A stretch of 64,000 nucleotides of DNA from an uncultured Bacteroidales bacterium (GTDB lineage Bacteria > Bacteroidota > Bacteroidia > Bacteroidales > VadinHA17): the NCBI GenBank assembly GCA_963838215.1, contig CAWIQG010000003.1, positions 320,240-384,239 of the forward strand, written 5' to 3'. Below the pieces are notes generated by a model that ran no database searches, was not told the DNA's origin, and saw nothing but the letters and a program-made list of their open reading frames with translations. The position numbers and the translations under genes were made by a program. This document shows, in pieces, positions 58,262 through 64,000 of this stretch; positions within the stretch are counted from its first letter, which is position 1; every line of letters starts with the position of its first letter.

Positions 58262-58810
58262 ATAGCTTTACCAATCAGGCGAAGCCCGGCAAGGGTTACC
58301 CAGCCGGCTCATAAAATTAACCACAGGATCACTGCAAAAGTGGTCAGAGTTGTCGGTGAAGAAATAGAAGCAGATGTTATGAGTATTCAGGATGCTCTAA
58401 GGTTGGCTGACAACCTGGAACTGGATCTCGTCGAAATTTCTCCTAATGCGGATCCCCCTGTTTGTAAAATTGTTGATTATCAGAAATTTCTTTATCAGCA
58501 GAAGAAAAAGCAGAAAGAAATAAAAGCTAAAGCATCAAAAGTTATTGTGAAAGAGATAAGGTTCGGGCCTAACACAGATGAACACGATTATAATTTTAAG
58601 CTTAAGCATGCAATGAGGTTCCTCGAAGAGGGAGCAAAAGTAAGAGCTTATGTGTTTTTTAAAGGGAGATCAATTTTATTCAAGGAGCAGGGTGAAGTAT
58701 TGTTATTACGCTTTGCAAACGACCTTGAAGAGTACGGTAAGGTCGAACAGCTGCCAAGGCTTGAAGGGAAACGTATGATAGTATCTTTTTCACCAAAAAA
58801 GAAAAAATAG
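58262..58810 (+). CDS. infC: translation initiation factor IF-3 (probable non-AUG start upstream of GTG 58340)
   Basis: The frame is open from 58235. The conserved IF-3 N-terminus ...[18 protein letters not shown] lies upstream of the ORF-track GTG start. Candidate starts are ATA 58262, ATC 58274 and ATT 58316. The 5' end is uncertain. Confidence 0.8.
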   Translation: MALPIRRSPARVTQPAHKINHRITAKVVRVVGEEIEADVMSIQDALRLADNLELDLVEISPNADPPVCKIVDYQKFLYQQKKKQKEIKAKASKVIVKEIRFGPNTDEHDYNFKLKHAMRFLEEGAKVRAYVFFKGRSILFKEQGEVLLLRFANDLEEYGKVEQLPRLEGKRMIVSFSPKKKK

Positions 58811-58836
58811 TTTATTAATATATTTGATAGATAGAA

Positions 58837-59034
58837 ATGCCAAAAATGAAAACCAATCCCGGGGCAAAGAAAAGATTTTCTCTTACCGGAACAGGAAAAA
58901 TCAAGCGTAAACATGCATTTAAAAGTCACATCCTGACAAAAAAAGCAACAAAACGTAAGAGAAATCTTACCTATGGAGGTCTGGTTCATAAAACAGATCT
59001 TAAAAATGTCAAGTTGATGCTCGCGATGAAATAA
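58837..59034 (+). CDS. rpmI: 50S ribosomal protein L35
   Basis: 65 aa. [14 protein letters not shown]... is the typical L35 N-terminus. Follows the infC-rpmI-rplT gene order. Confidence 0.93.
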   Translation: MPKMKTNPGAKKRFSLTGTGKIKRKHAFKSHILTKKATKRKRNLTYGGLVHKTDLKNVKLMLAMK

Positions 59035-59131
59035 TCGTTAAACGCATTGATAAAATTAATTATAGTATTAACAGATTGTTCAGCAACTAAGAGTCTTTAA
59101 CCCGACCGCTGACATTCAAAAATGATGAGTT

Positions 59132-59476
59132 ATGCCAAGATCAGTAAATTCAGTCGCTTCAAGAGCCAGGAGAAAAAAGGTTCTTAAGCTTGCAAAAGGA
59201 AACTTCGGATCAAGAAGAAATGTAATAACAGTTGCAAAAAATACCCTCGACAAAGGGATGGGGTATGCGTACCGCGACAGAAAGAAAAAGAAAGGTCTGT
59301 TCAGGGCTTTATGGATTCAAAGGATTAATGCAGGTGTACGTCAGTATGATATGAGCTATTCTGAGTTTATCGGGAAAGTAGCAAAAAAAGGGATCACTCT
59401 TAACAGAAAAACCCTTGCCGACCTTGCGATGAACCACCCTGAAGCTTTCAAAGCTGTTGTTGAGAAAGTTAAATGA
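59132..59476 (+). CDS. rplT: 50S ribosomal protein L20
   Basis: 114 aa. [23 protein letters not shown]... is the typical L20 N-terminus. Confidence 0.93.
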   Translation: MPRSVNSVASRARRKKVLKLAKGNFGSRRNVITVAKNTLDKGMGYAYRDRKKKKGLFRALWIQRINAGVRQYDMSYSEFIGKVAKKGITLNRKTLADLAMNHPEAFKAVVEKVK

Positions 59477-59490
59477 AATATTGCTTCATA

Positions 59491-59526
59491 AAAAAAGCTG
59501 ACCCGGAAAGAGTCAGCTTTTTTTTA
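59491..59526. terminator. bidirectional rho-independent terminator between rplT (+) and lepB (-)
   Basis: AAAAAAGCTGAC-CCGGAAAGA-GTCAGCTTTTTTTT. Confidence 0.75.
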
Positions 59527-60900
59527 TCTTGCTTTCATGAACATCCTGCTCCACCTGATCTTTTTAAGACCTTTTGCCTCTTTGTCGAGCGATAGCCAGA
59601 TGAACTTTGGTGTGCCGACAATGTGATCCTCCGGTACAAAACCCCAGTACCTCGAATCGGCAGAATTATGCCGGTTATCTCCCATCATCCAGTAATAATC
59701 CATTTTAAATGTATAACTGTCAGCCGGGACATTATTTATAAAAATAGTACTTCCTTCAACTCGCAAATTATTCTTCTCATAGACCTCTATAACACGCTCA
59801 TAAAGGCAAAGATTTGATGTATCAAGTTTTACAGTAGCGCCTTTGACTGGCATCCATATCGGCCCATAATTATCTTCGTTCCATCCATAAACAGGATTAT
59901 ATGGAAATATATACGGTTCATATTTGCCTTTGCCTGAATAAATAGGCGACACTTCTGAAACATTTGTAAACTTTGATATTGACTCAGCATTAGCTTTTGT
60001 CAGAGGCAAAAGATAATCTGATCCGGAAATCATGTTCTGATCAGATCTGGATATATCAAGACGTTCAAAAGCTTTCGGATTGATTGTTGTTCCGTTTGTG
60101 CGGACAACATAGGTTGTTTGCTGTGTATTATTATCAGGAACAATTTTCCCGTTAACGTAAATCACCCCTGATTTGATCGTTACGGTATCTCCCGGAATAG
60201 CAATGCATCTTTTTACATAATTATCTCTCCGGTCAACGGGTCGGTATATTACAGTATATTTTTCCCAGATTTCCTTTCTCGCCATCTGAAGATAGTATTT
60301 GTCCGGTTTCGGTGCAGCATCCCTCATTTTCATTTCTCTTGCGGTACTTCTTACAATTTCATAATAGCTGGTAGATTGCTGTTCCACCACAACTGTATCT
60401 CCTGCAGGGAAGTTGAAAACAATCGGATCGTTATTCTTCACCTTACCTAAACCTGCCAGGCGCTTGTAAGGCCAGATAATCAGATTCGACCAGGATCTGC
60501 CATTTGTAAGAGGCATTGTATGCTGGGTGAACGGAAATGCAATGGGAGTATTCGGCATTCTCGGGCCATAGGCAAGCTTGCTTACAAAAAGATGATCACC
60601 TACCAGCAGGGATTTCTCCATAGATGGAGTCGGAATACGATAATTCTGGAAAAGGAATATATTAATAAGGGTAACAGCAATAACTGCGAAAATTAACGCA
60701 TCAAGCCATTCGATAAAAGCATTGTTCTTCCCGTTTCTCTTTTTCCAGAAAGTCCAGTTAACCTTTTCACTTATGTACAGATCATAGATAACCCCAAGAC
60801 CAATAAGAAACCAATAATTCCCGATCCAGATAACCACCAGGATATAAAGAATCGCTGCTATTGCAAACTTTACGTATTTTTTTGAAAAGAATTCATTCAT
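59524..60900 (-). CDS. lepB: signal peptidase I
   Basis: 458 aa. S26 motifs [14 protein letters not shown] (Ser), KRCIAIPGD (Lys) and [16 protein letters not shown]. Confidence 0.9.
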   Translation of the reverse strand: MNEFFSKKYVKFAIAAILYILVVIWIGNYWFLIGLGVIYDLYISEKVNWTFWKKRNGKNNAFIEWLDALIFAVIAVTLINIFLFQNYRIPTPSMEKSLLVGDHLFVSKLAYGPRMPNTPIAFPFTQHTMPLTNGRSWSNLIIWPYKRLAGLGKVKNNDPIVFNFPAGDTVVVEQQSTSYYEIVRSTAREMKMRDAAPKPDKYYLQMARKEIWEKYTVIYRPVDRRDNYVKRCIAIPGDTVTIKSGVIYVNGKIVPDNNTQQTTYVVRTNGTTINPKAFERLDISRSDQNMISGSDYLLPLTKANAESISKFTNVSEVSPIYSGKGKYEPYIFPYNPVYGWNEDNYGPIWMPVKGATVKLDTSNLCLYERVIEVYEKNNLRVEGSTIFINNVPADSYTFKMDYYWMMGDNRHNSADSRYWGFVPEDHIVGTPKFIWLSLDKEAKGLKKIRWSRMFMKAR

Positions 60901-60942
60901 GATAAATCTATTTTTTAGAAGCGGTAAAAGTATGAATAATTA

Positions 60943-61659
60943 TCAGAATCCCATCACATCGTTCATTGTGAAGATTCCTTGTTTAGAAGATATAAATTCA
61001 GCGGCAACAACTGCCCCCAGTGCTAACCCTTTCCTGTTCCTGGCTTCATGTTTCAGACTTATTGTATCGATCTCCGAATCCCATGTCACAATATGGGTTC
61101 CCGGAACTTCTCCTTCGCGAACAGAACGTATTGGGATACAATTATTTGATTTATCATTCTCAAAACACCAGGTTTTATAATCCTGATGATTTTTCTCGAT
61201 ACCTGCAGCAAGCGTTATTGCAGTTCCGCTTGGTGCATCGAGCTTTTTGACATGATGAATCTCCTCAATAGAGACTTTATAGTCATGATAACGGTCCATC
61301 TGTTTTGCCAGTTCGGTATTCAGTCTGAAAAGCAGATTAACTCCTATACTGAAATTTGAAGAGTGAATAAAAGAGGTTTTATTCTTCTTACAGATATCAA
61401 CAACCTTTTCATAATTGTCCAGCCATCCGGTGGTGCCGGAAACAACAGGAACTTTTTCTCCTAAACACTTTATAATATTATTAAATGCTGCAGTAGGGAA
61501 TGAAAACTCAATGGCTACATCAATCCCCTTAAGTTTAGCCTCATTCAGATCATTAGTATTATCCTGATCTACAATAAGTTTGATAATATGACCTCTTTTA
61601 ATGGCTATGGATTCAATCTCATGGCCCATACGACCGTACCCGATAATTGCTATGTTCAT
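60943..61659 (-). CDS. dapB: 4-hydroxy-tetrahydrodipicolinate reductase
   Basis: The start is set at MNIAIIGYGRMG (NAD(P) binding). Signature EEIHHVKKLDAPSGTA. Confidence 0.9.
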   Translation of the reverse strand: MNIAIIGYGRMGHEIESIAIKRGHIIKLIVDQDNTNDLNEAKLKGIDVAIEFSFPTAAFNNIIKCLGEKVPVVSGTTGWLDNYEKVVDICKKNKTSFIHSSNFSIGVNLLFRLNTELAKQMDRYHDYKVSIEEIHHVKKLDAPSGTAITLAAGIEKNHQDYKTWCFENDKSNNCIPIRSVREGEVPGTHIVTWDSEIDTISLKHEARNRKGLALGAVVAAEFISSKQGIFTMNDVMGF

Positions 61660-61909
61660 AGTTTGTTTTTCCTGCGAAATTACCTGTTTTAAAACACCAT
61701 CCATCATCAAAAATCAACAAAATTCTTAAAGAGAAGTTAAAATATGGCATGAGGTGTGAAACGTGAGGTTCTTTACTAAAAGCAACCTCTTAACTGTTCA
61801 CTGTTACTGTTCACTGCTCACTGCTCACTTTTTTCCTTTGCAATCTTAGTTCTTTAATCTTTAATCTTTGCGATCTTTGCGGATAATGGATTTATAATAA
61901 AAAATTAGT

Positions 61910-63601
61910 ATGCAAAACCTAATTATCACATTATCAATACTAACCATGACATTATCACTTTCATGTACACAGAAAGAGAAAGCCGACCTTGTAATTATAA
62001 ACGGGAAGGTTCTCACAATGGATAAAGACAATCCGACAGTTGAAGCCGTTGCAGTAAAGGGAGAGACCATAATTGCCGTGGGTACCACTAAAAAGATCTC
62101 TGAATATATTGAAAATGGGAAAACTAAAGTTATTGATGCCGCAGGAAGACTTGTAATTCCTGGGTTCAATGATGCTCACGTACACTTTGGTCCTCTTGAT
62201 CCTGATTATATTGAACTTCGCTATATAACTGATCCTTCAGTTATTACTGAAAAAGTTAAAGCGCAGGTCGCCAGGGCCAGACCAGGGGAACTGATCAGGG
62301 GAGGACATTGGGAACATGAGATGTTTATTAATAAACAATGGCCAACTAAAGAGCTTATAGATAAAGTTTCTCCGGATAACCCCGTTATTCTCAACAGAGC
62401 AGACGGTCATTCTGTGCTCGTTAACAGTTATGTACTTAAGGCTTCAGGTATCACAAGTAAAACTCCTGATCCTTTCGGAGGAGTAATTCAGAAAGATCCG
62501 TTGACAGGTGAACCTACAGGAATATTAAAGGAAAATGCTGAAGACATGATTAAAACTGGGGAAGTTAAACCGAAAAGAAGTTCTGAAGAAGACAGTTTAA
62601 GATTATGGAATGGTTATCTCCTGGCTTTGAAGGAAGCACGGGAAGTCGGTGTTACAAGCGTGCAGATCCCCGGGAGTGCAGATTTCGGAATGTATGAAAA
62701 ACTTCAGAAGGAGGGTGATCTTACCTGCCGGATCGATATCGGAAAATTTCTTACAGGCGATACTTTAGTTCTTAAAAATTACATGAAAATTGCAAAGAAA
62801 TATTCAAAAGCAGGAAACTGGATAAGATTTGGATATCTGAAAGCATTTATGGATGGCACAATAGGATCGGGCACTGCATTAATGTTTGAACCATTTACCG
62901 ATAATAAATCAACATCGGGATTAGCGTTGATCCCATACGATGATATGGAGAAAATGATTATTACTGCTGACAAGGCTGGATTCCAGGTGGGTGTTCATGC
63001 AATTGGTGATAAAGCAAATAACTGGATATTAAATGCTTATGAAAAAGCTGAAAAAGTGAACGGAAAACGCGACAGCCGTCATAGGATTGAACATGCACAG
63101 ACTCTTCAGCAATCAGATATTCCTCGCTTTGCCAAACTTGGCGTGATAGCTTCAATGCAGCCGACACACTGTATTTCCGACAAGAAATTCTGCGAAAAAC
63201 GTATTGGCCCCGAAAGAGCCAAAGGCGCTTATGAATGGAAAAGTCTGGCAGATGCAGGTGCAGCTCTGGCTTTTGGGACTGATTACCAGGTAGAACCATT
63301 GAATCCGATGGAGGGTTTGTACGCTGCAGTTACACGGAAAGACAGATTGGGAGAAGAGGGAAACGGATGGTACGCGGAACAAAAGATTTCGATGGAAGAT
63401 GCGATCAGGTACTATACTCTTGGTTCTTCTTATGCCCAGTTCATGGAAAACCGGAAAGGTATCATAAAACCCGGTTACCTTGCTGATATTGTAATTACTG
63501 ACAAAGACTTGCTGACAATTCCTGAGAATGAAATAATGAAGACTAAGGTGGAATGTACAATTATCGGTGGAAAAATCGTATACTATTCAGGAGGTTTGTG
63601 A
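61910..63601 (+). CDS. amidohydrolase-family metal-dependent hydrolase (YtcJ-like), lipoprotein
   Basis: 563 aa. Lipobox LSLSC and metal motif PGFNDAHVHF. The later His/Asp ligands (HAIGD, EHAQ, GTDY) fit the amidohydrolase 3 family. Confidence 0.8.
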   Translation: MQNLIITLSILTMTLSLSCTQKEKADLVIINGKVLTMDKDNPTVEAVAVKGETIIAVGTTKKISEYIENGKTKVIDAAGRLVIPGFNDAHVHFGPLDPDYIELRYITDPSVITEKVKAQVARARPGELIRGGHWEHEMFINKQWPTKELIDKVSPDNPVILNRADGHSVLVNSYVLKASGITSKTPDPFGGVIQKDPLTGEPTGILKENAEDMIKTGEVKPKRSSEEDSLRLWNGYLLALKEAREVGVTSVQIPGSADFGMYEKLQKEGDLTCRIDIGKFLTGDTLVLKNYMKIAKKYSKAGNWIRFGYLKAFMDGTIGSGTALMFEPFTDNKSTSGLALIPYDDMEKMIITADKAGFQVGVHAIGDKANNWILNAYEKAEKVNGKRDSRHRIEHAQTLQQSDIPRFAKLGVIASMQPTHCISDKKFCEKRIGPERAKGAYEWKSLADAGAALAFGTDYQVEPLNPMEGLYAAVTRKDRLGEEGNGWYAEQKISMEDAIRYYTLGSSYAQFMENRKGIIKPGYLADIVITDKDLLTIPENEIMKTKVECTIIGGKIVYYSGGL

Positions 63602-63844
63602 GCAATCCGATAAAGAACAAAGTATCTTCATCGCCTCGTCCCTGTTTGAACCGCAAAATTCAGTTTCGGCCTTAAAATCAGTACATACCTTTGGTTTGAA
63701 AGAATTAGTGTATATAGCACACTTATAATTATCCAGCAAATGAATGCATCTGACACCCGCCGGCTTTCCATCAGGCATACCGGGCAATGGAGAAGAGATT
63801 GACAATGCAATGCAACAGGCACCACAATCAGAACGACAATCCAT
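63587..63844 (-). CDS. YkgJ-family cysteine-cluster protein
   Basis: 85 aa. CxxCxxCC-type motif DCGACCI plus later Cys residues (RCIHL, YKCAIY, KVCTDF). Confidence 0.7.
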   Translation of the reverse strand: MDCRSDCGACCIALSISSPLPGMPDGKPAGVRCIHLLDNYKCAIYTNSFKPKVCTDFKAETEFCGSNRDEAMKILCSLSDCSQTS

Positions 63845-64000
63845 AAGTGATGTATTAAATGGCGTTTTGCGAATCGACGTAACTTTTTAAAGAGAGAAAA
63901 AACATATTGACTGTTATAATTTATACAAATATATTAAATCAGTGGAAATAAAATATTTCCGCTGACTTTGCCCGTTGCGCCGTTGTGCCGTTGCGCCGTT

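Overview
AT-rich chromosomal segment that looks Bacteroidota-like, judged from gene content, TAnnTTTG promoter boxes and 46-nt GTTGTG...CACAAC CRISPR repeats. No database search was possible. Most genes are housekeeping: dnaA, galK, ndk, recF, ribH, mnmA, lysC-lysA, dapB, thrS-infC-rpmI-rplT, lepB, two tRNA-Leu genes, norspermidine synthesis genes, and a peptidoglycan-recycling-like cluster.

The main accessory region is a type II-C CRISPR-Cas9 locus at about 9.8-19.0 kb. cas9 (1380 aa), cas1 and cas2 lie on the minus strand. A 27-repeat/26-spacer array lies on the plus strand.

The locus has several unusual features:
- Two different tracrRNA-like genes sit in tandem upstream of cas9.
- A decayed about 21-codon cas9 N-terminal stub lies between them. 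This suggests that a tracrRNA-cas9 module replaced an older cas9.
- The two cas-distal repeats each carry the same 30-nt GC-rich insertion inside the repeat.
- Every repeat contains a perfect Bacteroidetes -7 promoter box.
- An IS200/RAYT-like Y1 transposase gene with GC-rich REP-like hairpin clusters separates cas2 from the array. Similar clusters bracket the whole locus.

Other observations:
- Many intergenic regions carry 7-8-nt tandem arrays built from related units.
- A 21-nt x5 repeat follows the DUF721 gene.
- The addA-like helicase-nuclease is frameshifted.
- Two paralogous signal-peptide fibre proteins, one with a peptidase S74 tail-fibre chaperone domain, flank an M1 peptidase and a 670-aa unknown protein.
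- One gene fuses pentapeptide repeats to a K+ channel pore.

RNA ends and promoter calls are approximate and read by eye.
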